A DNA stretch of 64,000 nt, from contig JAQYWC010000070.1 in assembly GCA_030145245.1 (NCBI GenBank), forward strand, positions 6,040 through 70,039, in the 5' to 3' direction. This DNA is from Desulfobacterium sp. (GTDB lineage Bacteria > Desulfobacterota > Desulfobacteria > Desulfobacterales > Desulfobacteraceae). Positions within the stretch are counted from its first letter, which is position 1; every line of letters begins with the position of its first letter. The notes beneath the pieces are model-generated. The model was not told the DNA's origin, searched no databases, and was given only the letters and a program-made list of their open reading frames with translations. The translations under genes were made by a program, and so were the position numbers. Positions 1 to 10,068 of this stretch are shown here, in pieces.

Positions 1-258
1 GAAGCAGAAGCTGATGTAGTCCCCAAAAATACAGAAACAATTCATTTTAGAGATGTTTAAAAAAAGCATTTGAGAAGTTGATGATGAACCTTGGGTATTG
101 AGGTAGTGCGGTATGCTTCGGGACATGGTTTGTTTTAAAGAGATGTGACATAAATTTTAGATTTGACCATCGGCTTGGAATAGAGTTGGACTTTATTTGA
201 CGGTAATCCTATTATAGATGCTCAGATTGATGTTTGGCATCCATTATCGGAGGTCACC

Positions 259-1740
259 ATGCAGCTATTGTCTAAACTGGCTCCCAAAGCGGCAAACCTG
301 TGGATTTTTTGGTTCCTCATGTTTTGGACGATTGTGCTTTTATCCAGCCTGATATGGAACATTATTGAAAATAATCATACATCTAAGGACATTGCACTGG
401 TTCACGCAAGGGAGTCATTTCAAAAGGATCTTCTTGCACGCCGCTGGAATGCCTCCCATGGTGGCGTATATGTGTTTGTAACAGAAAAAACCCAGCCTAA
501 TCCCTATCTTTCCTCCATTCCGGAAAGAGACATCATTACTCCCTCCGGCAGGAATCTGACCATGATCAATCCTGCCTATATGACACGGCAACTGCACGAA
601 CTGGCACTTGTTACTGATGACACAGCCGGGCATATAACCTCCCTGAAACCGATCCGTCCGGAAAACAGGCCTGATGAATGGGAGGCCAAAGCATTAAGAA
701 GTTTCGAGAACGGCGAAACAGAGGATCACACCCTGATTGAGCGTGAAGGGGAAAAGTATCTGAGGCTTATGCGGCCCTTGCTTACTGAAGAAAACTGTCT
801 TCAATGCCATGCACAGCAAGACTATTCCGTGGGAATGGTCCGTGGCGGGATAAGTGTTATCGTTCCTGTGCCCCCATGGGATAAAGTCGCCCTTTTGAGC
901 GGTCACTTGCTTTTGTGGGTCATGGGGCTTTTTGCGATTACTTTTTTAGGGTTAAGGGTCAACACTGCCATACGTAAGCGCCAACAGGCAGAAATGGACC
1001 TTGCCGAGGCGAATCGGGATCTGGAAATCAGGATTGCCGAACGTACCTTAGAATATAAGAAAGTCAATGAACAATTACAGGATGAAATTGTTGAGCATTC
1101 AATAGTTCAAGAGAAATTAGGATTTTCTATCAAGCAGTGGCGTGAGACATTCGATGTTATGAGTGATTTTGTGTCTGTTCATGATAATGAATTCAGGTTG
1201 GTAAAAGCGAATAAGTCTCTTGCAGATTTTTTCGAAAAAAAGCCGAAAGAACTGATCGGAAAACATTGCTATGAACTCATGCACAATACTCAAGGCCCCT
1301 GGCCGGACTGCCCACATTTAAAGGCTATTGAAAAGCAGGAAGTGATTACCGTAGAGATCGAAGAGCCACATTTAAAAAGATCTCTCCTTGTCACATGTTC
1401 ACCATTGTTTGATAAAAATGGGATGCCAATAGGAAGTGTACATGTTGCAAGAGATATCACTGTGCTTAAGCAGAAAGAAGAAGAACGGGAGAAATTGATT
1501 ATAGAGATTCAGGATGCGCTTGAGAAGGTTAAGATACTAAGTGGTTTAGTTCCAATTTGTGCGAATTGTAAAAAAATCAGAGACGACAAAGGATACTGGA
1601 ATCAAATAGAGGGGTACATTCAAAAATATTCTGAGCTAAAATTCAGTCATGGCATGTGTCCAGACTGTTCAGACAAATTTTATGGCAAAGAAGAATGGTA
1701 TATAAAAGCAAAAAAGAAAAAATTGGAAAACAAGCCATAG
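259..1740 (+). CDS. Membrane sensor: periplasmic heme-c domain (DUF3365-like), TM helix, coiled coil, PAS domain and Cys-rich C-terminal tail. No recognisable kinase or cyclase output.
   Basis: 493-aa ORF with GGAGG just upstream of ATG 259. It has an N-terminal TM helix, a single CxxCH (CLQCH), a second TM helix (LLLWVMGLFAITFLGL), a heptad-rich linker and a PAS-like block. The tail reads PICANCKKIRDDKGYW...FSHGMCPDC. Confidence 0.8.
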   Translation: MQLLSKLAPKAANLWIFWFLMFWTIVLLSSLIWNIIENNHTSKDIALVHARESFQKDLLARRWNASHGGVYVFVTEKTQPNPYLSSIPERDIITPSGRNLTMINPAYMTRQLHELALVTDDTAGHITSLKPIRPENRPDEWEAKALRSFENGETEDHTLIEREGEKYLRLMRPLLTEENCLQCHAQQDYSVGMVRGGISVIVPVPPWDKVALLSGHLLLWVMGLFAITFLGLRVNTAIRKRQQAEMDLAEANRDLEIRIAERTLEYKKVNEQLQDEIVEHSIVQEKLGFSIKQWRETFDVMSDFVSVHDNEFRLVKANKSLADFFEKKPKELIGKHCYELMHNTQGPWPDCPHLKAIEKQEVITVEIEEPHLKRSLLVTCSPLFDKNGMPIGSVHVARDITVLKQKEEEREKLIIEIQDALEKVKILSGLVPICANCKKIRDDKGYWNQIEGYIQKYSELKFSHGMCPDCSDKFYGKEEWYIKAKKKKLENKP

Positions 1741-3840
1741 TCACCTCGCTATGATGACCACAAGCGTCTCGTCATCCTCCCGGGGGAGTCCTGCTCGGAA
1801 ATCCTGCACCCCCTGGAGGCACGCTTCCAGAATCGACCCGGCGGGTTGGTGGGCACTGTTGCGGACGATTTCCATCAACCGCTTTCGGCCGAAGAGCCGG
1901 CCTCTCGTATCCCGGGTTTCTGTAATTCCGTCGGTGGTGAGAACAATGATTTCACCCGGCTGAAGGGGAGATGAAGTGTATTCATGGTATGTAATATCGT
2001 CCACAACTCCCAGGGCCATCCCCTCCCCCCGGAGCTCATGGAACTTGTTTGTATCCGGCGTGTAACACAGGGCAGGCTCATGCCCGGCCCGCACCCAGGT
2101 GACGGTTCTTTCATCCGGGTTGAGCCGGAGATATATCAGCGTCATAAACCGTCCGCTCTCTCCCACGTCAGAAGCCAGGAACCTGTTAAGATCGGTTACA
2201 AACTCCGCGGGTGTGCCCCCAATGCTGGCCCTCATGCGCAGCAAGGCGCGGGCGGTCGTCATGAGCAGGGCGGCGGCGATGCCGTGGCCCGATACGTCAC
2301 CGACGACAACAGCCAGGCCGTCTTGGCCCGGCAGGTAATCAATATAGTCGCCGCCGGTTTCATCACAGTAGAGACTGCAGCCCGCAACTTCGAAGCCGTC
2401 CACCGCTGGAACTTCATTCGGAATGAGGTTCTGCTGGACTTCCTGGGCCAGGGTCAGAGACTCTTTAAGGATCTGAGTCTGCTCCTCGATCCTGTGCTTT
2501 GCCCGGGCCAGATCCTTGGTCATTCTCCTGAGTACATGGGTGAACGATTCCTTTTGCATCTCAAGACGGGTTTGGCTTTCCCGGGCCCTGGCCAGTTTTT
2601 TGGCGAGCAGTTCTACGTCCTCCCTGGTTTCGCCGGCTGAAACCCGATGCCGGGCCGCCGGTACACAGGCATCTAAATCGCTTTTGTCTTCGCCCAGAAG
2701 GACGGCAACCAAGGTGCAGTTGTGCAGCTTCGGCATCTTGGTTTCGGCAATGGGAGCGATTTCACCAAAGGTATAGAACCCGGCTATGGGAATGTTCGCC
2801 GGGAGAGCCGAGATCGACAGAGCCAGCTCTTCACGGGTCCGCAAGCCCATGATCCAGCGCCGGGATACGCATGAGAACAGGAGCGCCACCCGGGGACACC
2901 AATCCTCATCAACATCTTCCACCAGGCGGTGAAGGCGGTCCTTCAAGTTGGTTATAATGCTTTCAGGCGTGGCTTCGGTGAGCTGGATCTTCTGACCCTC
3001 GGGTATGGGTGTGGCACAGTCGAGGCTTTCATCATTCTCATCAAAGCGGATGGGACTGCGCAGATAAAAGCGCCCATTGTCCTCAAATATGGCCAGGGGC
3101 ATCTCGTACAAGGGCACGGCGTAGGGACCGAATGCTTCCCGGAAAAACCGGAGCGCGGTACGGCCCCCGATGCGCTTGACGCGATTGCCGTCAACCGCGT
3201 CAACCACCGATCGGTACCCCACAGGTTCCCAGCTGTTGCAGATAACCGAAGAGACCTTTAAGGGGCCGGCAAACAGCAGAACCGATACCCCGTCGGAATA
3301 GACGCTTTTGCGGGAAAACTGCAAAATTTTGCTGACCGTGAACTGGTCGGCACCGGCCACGCCGCCGAACAACTTGCATCCAGGGCCAAGGGTTTCATAA
3401 ATGGTCGAAAGAACCGTCTCAATCCCCCCGCTGAGAACACACGGGAATATGAAGCAAAGGGAGGGCTCACCATCCAGGCGGGAACGGGCATCTGCAACAG
3501 CATGGCGAACGGCATTGCCGGCGGCCTTTGAAAGACCAAGACCAATACCGCTGGCAATGGAAATTGTATCAGAGGCAAAGAGCACCAGGCACATGGAATC
3601 CTGGCTGAAGCCCATGAAGGAGGACATCTCGCCGCTTGAGGTGCATCCTGCAAGTTCAAGCCCCGGAAAAGCTGCGGCGATTCCCCCAACAGCGAGGGCA
3701 TGATCAAAGTGGTCTGCTGCAAACAGGATTCCGGCAGTTGGACACAACCCCTTCAATTGTGCCCGGCACTGGCCGATGACCGTCCGAGTCACCCTGGGGG
3801 TGTTTGTCCCTTCGGTTTGTCCTACAACAGCTTTAAACAT
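1741..3840 (-). CDS. FIST-domain sensor fused to a PP2C/SpoIIE-type serine phosphatase
   Basis: 699-aa ORF with AGGAGAG upstream of the ATG at 3840. The N-terminal ~400 aa show a FIST_N/FIST_C-like pattern, followed by a coiled-coil linker. The C-terminal PP2C block contains GGDYIDY...VVGDVSGHGIAAALLM...TDGITE. Confidence 0.85.
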   Translation of the reverse strand: MFKAVVGQTEGTNTPRVTRTVIGQCRAQLKGLCPTAGILFAADHFDHALAVGGIAAAFPGLELAGCTSSGEMSSFMGFSQDSMCLVLFASDTISIASGIGLGLSKAAGNAVRHAVADARSRLDGEPSLCFIFPCVLSGGIETVLSTIYETLGPGCKLFGGVAGADQFTVSKILQFSRKSVYSDGVSVLLFAGPLKVSSVICNSWEPVGYRSVVDAVDGNRVKRIGGRTALRFFREAFGPYAVPLYEMPLAIFEDNGRFYLRSPIRFDENDESLDCATPIPEGQKIQLTEATPESIITNLKDRLHRLVEDVDEDWCPRVALLFSCVSRRWIMGLRTREELALSISALPANIPIAGFYTFGEIAPIAETKMPKLHNCTLVAVLLGEDKSDLDACVPAARHRVSAGETREDVELLAKKLARARESQTRLEMQKESFTHVLRRMTKDLARAKHRIEEQTQILKESLTLAQEVQQNLIPNEVPAVDGFEVAGCSLYCDETGGDYIDYLPGQDGLAVVVGDVSGHGIAAALLMTTARALLRMRASIGGTPAEFVTDLNRFLASDVGESGRFMTLIYLRLNPDERTVTWVRAGHEPALCYTPDTNKFHELRGEGMALGVVDDITYHEYTSSPLQPGEIIVLTTDGITETRDTRGRLFGRKRLMEIVRNSAHQPAGSILEACLQGVQDFRAGLPREDDETLVVIIAR

Positions 3841-3891
3841 GTGAGCTCTCCTATCCAGGCACGATTATCAGTACCTGGCGCAAAGGAGTCT

Positions 3892-4260
3892 TTAATCAGC
3901 GGATGGTTTGCCGGCATTCCGGGTTGACAAATAGTCTTTTGCCCAACCGTTGAACTCTTTTAATATGGGGAGCAGTTTCTGGCCGATCTCCGTCAGGGAA
4001 TATTCCACAACGGGGGGTACTTCCGGGTAAACTTTTCTACTTACGATGCCGCGTTTTTCAAGTGTCCGGAGCTGTTGAGTCAGCATTTTCTGGGTTACAG
4101 ACGGCATTATTTTTCTAAGCTCGCCAAATCTTTTTGTGCCTTCCGTTGAAAGCGTCCAAACGATAAGTGGTATCCATTTTCCTGATAAAATTTCAAACGC
4201 AACCTCAACTTCATAAACATAGCTGCTGCAGCTGACTTTATGTGTCCTGTCCTCGGGCAT
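3892..4260 (-). CDS. HxlR-family winged-helix transcriptional regulator
   Basis: Contains the HxlR signature ILSGKWIPLIVWTL...RFGELRK...ITQKMLTQQLRTLEKRGIVSRKVYPEVPPVVEYSLTEIG. An internal ATG at 4260 follows GGAG. It is divergent from the alcohol dehydrogenase gene. Confidence 0.85.
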   Translation of the reverse strand: MPEDRTHKVSCSSYVYEVEVAFEILSGKWIPLIVWTLSTEGTKRFGELRKIMPSVTQKMLTQQLRTLEKRGIVSRKVYPEVPPVVEYSLTEIGQKLLPILKEFNGWAKDYLSTRNAGKPSAD

Positions 4261-4617
4261 TAAACTTCTCCTAACCGTTTTTGAACCATATTTTTTTTTA
4301 TTATACCTGCAATAAATATCATACAATTATAAAAAAAACATGCTTTTTCCAGCATCGGCTCAACCCTCTGACAGCGAATAACCATGGGGCTTTACACGAC
4401 ATTGCCCTCCGATGGGAAAGGCGGTTACTTTTTGTATACTGTGAAACCAAAACCATACTGCGACACTATAAAGTGCCTACTTTACAGGCTTTTTTAAATC
4501 ATGTTATCACCCCCCTCAAGTGAATTAACTTCTTCGGAATTTTATGATTTCAAATCCCAACCGGGAAGAACAACCCTTCATCCTTTTGTGATGATGATTA
4601 ACAGGAGAAAAACAACC

Positions 4618-5775
4618 ATGGCAAGATTTACACTACCCAGAGACGTATATTTCGGACAGGGAACAATCGAAGAGCTGAAAGGCCTGAAAGGCAACAGAGC
4701 AATTATTGTTATTGGCGGCGGTTCCATTAAAAGAAGCGGCACCCTTGACAAGATCGAGGGATATCTGAAGAAAGCCGGTATGGAGACAACCCTGATCGAG
4801 GGAGTTGAAGCGGATCCGTCCGTTGCAACGGTGATGAAAGGTGTTGAGGTCATGAAAGAATTCCAGCCGGACTGGATTGTCGGCGTGGGGGGTGGTTCTC
4901 CAATTGATGCGGCCAAAGCCATGTGGATCTTTTATGAACACCCGGAGTTTACCTTTGAAGAGGCGGCAAAGCCCTTTAACCTGCCGGAACTCAGGCAGAA
5001 AGCGTCTTTTGCTGCCATTCCGACCACCAGCGGAACAGGTACCGAGGTCACGTCTTTCTCTATCATTACGGACAATGATACCGGGATTAAATACCCCATC
5101 GCCGATTTCAACATTACTCCCGATGTTGCCATTGTTGATACCGATCTTGCCCAGACCATGCCGGGACACCTGGTTGCCCATACCGGCATGGATGCATTGA
5201 CCCATGCACTGGAAGCGTATGTTTCCACCATGTCCAATGAGCTGACCGACTGTCTTGCGATGAAATCCATGGAAATGATACAGGATTATCTTGTTGAGTC
5301 CTGCAAAAGTGAAGGAGAGGCAAGGTCTAAAATGCATATTGCCCAGTGCCTTGCAGGAATGTCTTTCTCTAACGCTATCCTGGGCATCGTTCACAGCATG
5401 GCCCACAAGACAGGTAAGATTTTCAGCATTCCCCACGGATGTGCCAATGCCATCTACCTTCCGGTGGCAATCCGGTTCAATGCTGAGGCGGCCGGTGAGA
5501 AATACGCTGACGCGGCAAGGAGATTAGGGCTTAAGGGTAGCAATACCCGGGAACTCGTTGATTCACTGATCGATTTCATTATTGACCTGAACAACGCCCT
5601 TAACATCCCCACAACCCTTAAGGAATTCGGCGTGAACGAGGCGAATTTCCTTGCAAACCTGGACGGTATTTCTGAAAGCTCAGTATCGGATCCCTGTACA
5701 GGAACCAACCCCAGGGAGATCTCCGTGGATCAGATGAAGGAGCTGTTCAAAGAAGCATACTACGGCATGGCATAA
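4618..5775 (+). CDS. Iron-containing (group III) alcohol dehydrogenase
   Basis: Fe-ADH motifs are present: GGGSPIDAAKA, a PTTSGTGTEVT-type block and His-rich metal-site blocks (HTGMDALTHALEAY, HSMAHK). ATG 4618 is preceded by AGGAG. The longer track ORF (4501) adds a non-homologous leader. Confidence 0.9.
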   Translation: MARFTLPRDVYFGQGTIEELKGLKGNRAIIVIGGGSIKRSGTLDKIEGYLKKAGMETTLIEGVEADPSVATVMKGVEVMKEFQPDWIVGVGGGSPIDAAKAMWIFYEHPEFTFEEAAKPFNLPELRQKASFAAIPTTSGTGTEVTSFSIITDNDTGIKYPIADFNITPDVAIVDTDLAQTMPGHLVAHTGMDALTHALEAYVSTMSNELTDCLAMKSMEMIQDYLVESCKSEGEARSKMHIAQCLAGMSFSNAILGIVHSMAHKTGKIFSIPHGCANAIYLPVAIRFNAEAAGEKYADAARRLGLKGSNTRELVDSLIDFIIDLNNALNIPTTLKEFGVNEANFLANLDGISESSVSDPCTGTNPREISVDQMKELFKEAYYGMA

Positions 5776-5787
5776 CAAGATGCTGGT

Positions 5788-5832
5788 CTGCCGAGCCTTG
5801 TTTCCATATATTAAGGAAACAAGGTTCGGCAG
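5788..5832. terminator. Long hairpin between the convergent adh and GNAT genes; a possible bidirectional terminator without a clear U-tract
   Basis: Arms 5788-5805 and 5815-5832 pair over 18 bp (17 Watson-Crick pairs plus 1 G-U) around a 9-nt AT loop. Confidence 0.45.
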
Positions 5833-5877
5833 CCGGCCCAATCGCCGTTGAATTTACATCCGGATGAATCGGCCTGG

Positions 5878-6369
5878 TTATGCGCTGTTAAATGCGAGCA
5901 CCCGGTTTTCATGCAACTCTCCCTCAAGTTCAAAGTCTTTGTGCCCTATATCAATAAACCCCATGTGCTTATAAAAATTAATAGCATTCCAATTGTGGGC
6001 CCAGGTTGACAGCCAGAACCGACCGCCATAGCGTGCTGCCATTTCAGAAATTAAACGGCGGCCTATGCCTTTTCCGTGAAAGTGCTCCTGAACATATAGT
6101 TTGTCAATCTCATAGCCGTTGGATTGATCCTGCCACAAAGATTTAAGGTTAGCCATAACATAACCTACAAGGTGTTTTTCCTCAATAAAGACTAGAATAC
6201 GATAATCCGGGTTATTTATAAGCTCTTTGAAATATTGTTCTGTATAAGTCCCTATTGCAAATTCGGAAATCCCCCGGCGGATGCCATCTGTAGCATACGT
6301 ATGCAGCCAGACCTGAATGGACAATGCAGCGATGTTAATCGAATCCTCTTTTCTTGCTTTTCTTATCAT
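5878..6369 (-). CDS. GNAT-family N-acetyltransferase
   Basis: The acetyl-CoA-binding block is QEHFHGKGIGRRLI. Its start MIRKARKED at 6369 forms an ATGA overlap with the stop of the upstream GNAT gene. Confidence 0.8.
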   Translation of the reverse strand: MIRKARKEDSINIAALSIQVWLHTYATDGIRRGISEFAIGTYTEQYFKELINNPDYRILVFIEEKHLVGYVMANLKSLWQDQSNGYEIDKLYVQEHFHGKGIGRRLISEMAARYGGRFWLSTWAHNWNAINFYKHMGFIDIGHKDFELEGELHENRVLAFNSA

Positions 6370-6782
6370 TTGATTTGTTTCTTCATATAAAGTTTGGAGT
6401 GATTGCCGCAAAAGTCTTCTAATGTCCCAAAAATTTCATATCCTGATTTTTCATAAAACCTGGGGCTTTGAAAACTATATGTATACAAATATGCACCACC
6501 ACATTTTTTATCAATGCCCCTTTCCTCTGCTAAAGATAACAGCTTTTTCCCCAGCCCCTGTTCCCTATGGCATTCTTTGACCCAAAGGCTTGCTATATAA
6601 AGCCAGCCACCACCTGTTTGACCATGAATTCCAGCTGTTATTGAGTTAGAATCATCAATTGCCTTAACAATAAAATTTTCATAGGAATATTGATCGATTT
6701 TCGAACAGTTGAACTGGAGCAATTTCTGCTCTAAAAATTTAATTTCTTCTATTCCTGGATCAGATTCAAAAACAATTCTCAT
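6366..6782 (-). CDS. GNAT-family N-acetyltransferase
   Basis: 138-aa ORF with the block WVKECHREQGLGKKLL plus a C-terminal FYEKSGYE motif typical of GNAT proteins. Confidence 0.8.
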   Translation of the reverse strand: MRIVFESDPGIEEIKFLEQKLLQFNCSKIDQYSYENFIVKAIDDSNSITAGIHGQTGGGWLYIASLWVKECHREQGLGKKLLSLAEERGIDKKCGGAYLYTYSFQSPRFYEKSGYEIFGTLEDFCGNHSKLYMKKQIK

Positions 6783-6864
6783 TTATTTAACTCGTTGGCA
6801 GAACCTTAAGTTCGGCTGTCATTTTTGTTTATCTACGGTTACTGATGATTGAACTTCCCCTTTT

Positions 6865-9800
6865 TCAAGCCTGGATCACCGCGCAGTTTTTTCCCTGCTG
6901 CTTGCCCCGGTACAGGGCCTTGTCCGCCTTGGCAACCGATGCGTCCAGCCCCTCCTTGTGGGAAAAGAGGGAAATACCATAGGTCATGGTCACGGAAAGA
7001 CTCTCACCATTCCAGGAAAAATTCTGGCTTTCCAGGCATTCCTGAATCCGCTTTGCAATAAGGACAGCCCCTTCCGGGTCTGACTCGGGAAGCAGCAGGA
7101 TGAACTCCTCTCCCCCCCAGCGCCCCAGGATGTCCTGGCCCCGGATCTCCCGGGGAAGCAGCCTGCCCATGGTTTCAAGGACATAATCCCCGCAGTCGTG
7201 GCCATGGGTGTCGTTCAGGGCCTTGAAGTCATCCACGTCGCAAAGGATGAAGCTCATGCATTGCTTACTTCTCCGATGGCGAATGATCTCCTGGTTCACC
7301 CGCTCCAGGAAGCCCCGCCTGTTGTTGAGCCCGGTCAGGGGATCTGTCCTGGAAAGGTGTTCCAGTTGCTGTTTCTGTTCAAGCAGTTCCCGGGTTCTTT
7401 CATTCACAAGCTCGGTCAACACCCTGTTCTTCCGGGTCTCCCTTGACAAGCGGAGATAGATGAGCCAGCAAACCAGAAAGAGGAGGGTTCCAAAGAGTCC
7501 CAACCGAAAGTACCATCGTTCCCAAAAGGGCGGAGTGATGGAGATGGCAAGGGACGCACCTGTATCATTTTTTTGTCCCATGCTGCTGGTTCCGGTCACC
7601 CTGAAGTTGTACTCCCCCGGGGCAAGGTTGGAGTAATGGGCGGTGGCCCCGCCGCCCTGGACCTTCCGCCATGCCTTGTCACAGCCCTCCAGCCTGTAGC
7701 TGTAGATGGTGTTAAGGGGTGAATTGAAATCCAGGAGTGCGAATGAGATGGACAGGGAGTTCTCATTATGGGAGAGGGTCACCTTGTCCGCTTCATGGGC
7801 GGGCCGGTTGAGTATGACCTTTTTTCCGTAAACCTCTCCGGGAACCACTGTCTTGTTGTGCAGGGAGAGCCTGGAGATCACCATGGGAGGAGGCGTTTTA
7901 TCCATCACCACATCCCCGGGGTTAAAGGTGAGATATCCTGTCTCCCCGCCGAAAACGATCCGATCCCTGGAAAAGGAGATCATGGCTGCACCCTGGTTAA
8001 AGACCAGGGGAAAATCGAAATTACGGATGGCATGGGTCCCCGGATCAAGCCTTGAAATCCCCCTGTCCGTGGAGATCCAGACCGTTCCCGATCCGTCCAC
8101 CACAATGGCTTTGATGAGCTCCCCTGCCAGTCCGTCCTTTATGGTGTACGGCCTGATGGTTCCCGTGGAGGTATCGAGCCGGGAGAGCCCCTGGTAGGTG
8201 CCCACCCAGATGCAGTCCCGGCTCCCAAGGGCCAGGGCGGTCACAACGTTGTTGGAGAGGCCTGCTGAATCTTCGGTCCCGCGGGTAAAGGGCAAAAGCG
8301 TGCTTCCGTCCGGATCCAGGCGAAAAAGCCCGGAATCGGTGCCAACCCACAGGTTTTGACCGGGGTCCACCAGGAGGGAAGAGACAGTCCGGGTGCCGTA
8401 TATCTCCGGTATGTGCAGGGACTTTCCCGTAGCAGGCTCATGCCTGAACAGTCCGTTCTCCCGGGATCCTGCCCAGATCCGGCCCTGTTGATCCCGGGCC
8501 AGGGCTGTGATGGTCCGGGTGTCCGGGACAGACCCATCCCCTTGATTCAGCCGGGAGAACCGCCGGCTCGTCCTGTCATAAAAGAGCAGCCCCTTTTCCC
8601 AGGTGCCGATGAACAATTCCCCGGATTCATTTCCCAATAGGGCATTGATCTCCCGGGTTCCAGGCCCTTCAGGCAGAGCGCCACCATAGGATGTGCACCC
8701 CTCCCCTTTTTGAATCCGGTTCAAACCATTGTACCAGGTACCGCTCCATATCCCCCCCTTTCCGTCGTCGGCAAGGGCATGGATGGCGTTCAGTCCCTGG
8801 CAGGGATCATCATCCCCCATGCCTTCATGGAGGGTGAATCCGGTGTATATTTTACTCAGCTTGTTCACCCCACCGCCCCGGGTTCCGATCCAGAGCACCC
8901 CGGATCTGTCTTCATGTATCCACCGCACATCGTTGTTGGACAGGGTCCCCTTTTTTTGAAATTCCCGCCTGAACCTGTTCCATGTCCCTGCCCCAAGGTC
9001 TACCCGGTAAAGCCCATGGTTGGGGGTTCCCACCCATAGGATCTTCTGGTCGTCCTCATACAGGGCGCTTATGGGATCGGAAAAAAGGGCCGGGGGCAAC
9101 CCGCTGATCGTATCTGGGGGAGAAAAGCGGCCGGTCTTGGGATCGAACCGTTTCAGCCCATTCTCCGTTCCCGCCCAGAGCCGGCCGTCCGCCCCGGGAA
9201 AAAGGGTCCGGATCCGATTGTTCACGTTTTCGCCCATGGAGCAATAGTAGGTGCTGATTTGCCCCTTTTCCACATCTAAACGATTCAACCCGTTGTCTGT
9301 CCCCACCCAGAGGCTTCCGTCTTTCATCTCGGTAATGGACCAGATCCTGTTGTTGCTGAGCCCCTGGCCACCGGGCTTACCGGCCATGTACCTGGAGAAC
9401 CCGCCCGTGTCCGGGTGAAAGCGGTTCAGGCCTTTGCTGAAGGTTCCGGCCCAGAGTATCCCCCGGCTGTCCTCAAAAAAAGTCTGAACCCGATCCTCAC
9501 TGAGACTTGCCGGATCCCCCTGACTGTGCCTGAAGACCCGGATTTTACCGGTAGTTTCGTCAATCCGGTTGAGTCCCCCTCCCCAGGTTCTAACCCAGAT
9601 ATACCCCTGACGATCCTCCAGCACACCCCCTGAATCATTATGGGAGATGGTGTTGGTATCGGTGGGATCATGCTGGAAAAGCCGCATACGGATGCCGTCG
9701 TATTTGACCACCCCGTTTCGGGTACCAAACCAGATGAAGCCGTGGCGGTCCTGCATGATCCGGAATACCGTTGAATGGGGCAGGCCATCTTTCTGGTCCA

Positions 9801-9963
9801 GATGTTCAAAAAAATAGATGGGTAGGGGTTGGGCCAGGGATACGGAAGCTGTCCCAGCCATAATGACCATGGAAAAAAGAAACAGGCCAAAGAGCCTGCC
9901 GTATGATGTTGAAAGCCTGTGAAAACAGCCTTTAAGTACGGAATCAAGTGGAAGTATAATCAT
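6865..9963 (-). CDS. Diguanylate cyclase with a large periplasmic beta-propeller repeat (two-component regulator propeller / Y_Y_Y type) sensor region
   Basis: About 1030 aa. It carries many repeats of the G-x-W-hydrophobic-G-T-x-x-G-L type (e.g. IWFGT, LWVGTDNGLNRL), one TM helix near residue 820, a coiled coil and a GGDEF domain with an intact GGEEF plus an RGQD I-site 5 residues upstream. The start (ATG 9963 vs GTG 9981) is uncertain. Confidence 0.85.
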   Translation of the reverse strand: MIILPLDSVLKGCFHRLSTSYGRLFGLFLFSMVIMAGTASVSLAQPLPIYFFEHLDQKDGLPHSTVFRIMQDRHGFIWFGTRNGVVKYDGIRMRLFQHDPTDTNTISHNDSGGVLEDRQGYIWVRTWGGGLNRIDETTGKIRVFRHSQGDPASLSEDRVQTFFEDSRGILWAGTFSKGLNRFHPDTGGFSRYMAGKPGGQGLSNNRIWSITEMKDGSLWVGTDNGLNRLDVEKGQISTYYCSMGENVNNRIRTLFPGADGRLWAGTENGLKRFDPKTGRFSPPDTISGLPPALFSDPISALYEDDQKILWVGTPNHGLYRVDLGAGTWNRFRREFQKKGTLSNNDVRWIHEDRSGVLWIGTRGGGVNKLSKIYTGFTLHEGMGDDDPCQGLNAIHALADDGKGGIWSGTWYNGLNRIQKGEGCTSYGGALPEGPGTREINALLGNESGELFIGTWEKGLLFYDRTSRRFSRLNQGDGSVPDTRTITALARDQQGRIWAGSRENGLFRHEPATGKSLHIPEIYGTRTVSSLLVDPGQNLWVGTDSGLFRLDPDGSTLLPFTRGTEDSAGLSNNVVTALALGSRDCIWVGTYQGLSRLDTSTGTIRPYTIKDGLAGELIKAIVVDGSGTVWISTDRGISRLDPGTHAIRNFDFPLVFNQGAAMISFSRDRIVFGGETGYLTFNPGDVVMDKTPPPMVISRLSLHNKTVVPGEVYGKKVILNRPAHEADKVTLSHNENSLSISFALLDFNSPLNTIYSYRLEGCDKAWRKVQGGGATAHYSNLAPGEYNFRVTGTSSMGQKNDTGASLAISITPPFWERWYFRLGLFGTLLFLVCWLIYLRLSRETRKNRVLTELVNERTRELLEQKQQLEHLSRTDPLTGLNNRRGFLERVNQEIIRHRRSKQCMSFILCDVDDFKALNDTHGHDCGDYVLETMGRLLPREIRGQDILGRWGGEEFILLLPESDPEGAVLIAKRIQECLESQNFSWNGESLSVTMTYGISLFSHKEGLDASVAKADKALYRGKQQGKNCAVIQA

Positions 9964-10068
9964 GGCCCCACTATAGCACACAGCAACGGGGTGTCAATAT
10001 GACGGGGACACCCTGAAATCCGCTGCCCATGCAGGAATTACCCAATGTCCCACGCTCCTTTGTTGATC

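Noticed and set aside
4501-4617. An upstream extension of the alcohol dehydrogenase ORF adds 39 codons.
   Set aside because: Fe-ADH homology begins at MARFTLPRDVYFG. An AGGAG RBS precedes ATG 4618. The extension has no homology and overlaps the likely divergent promoter region.
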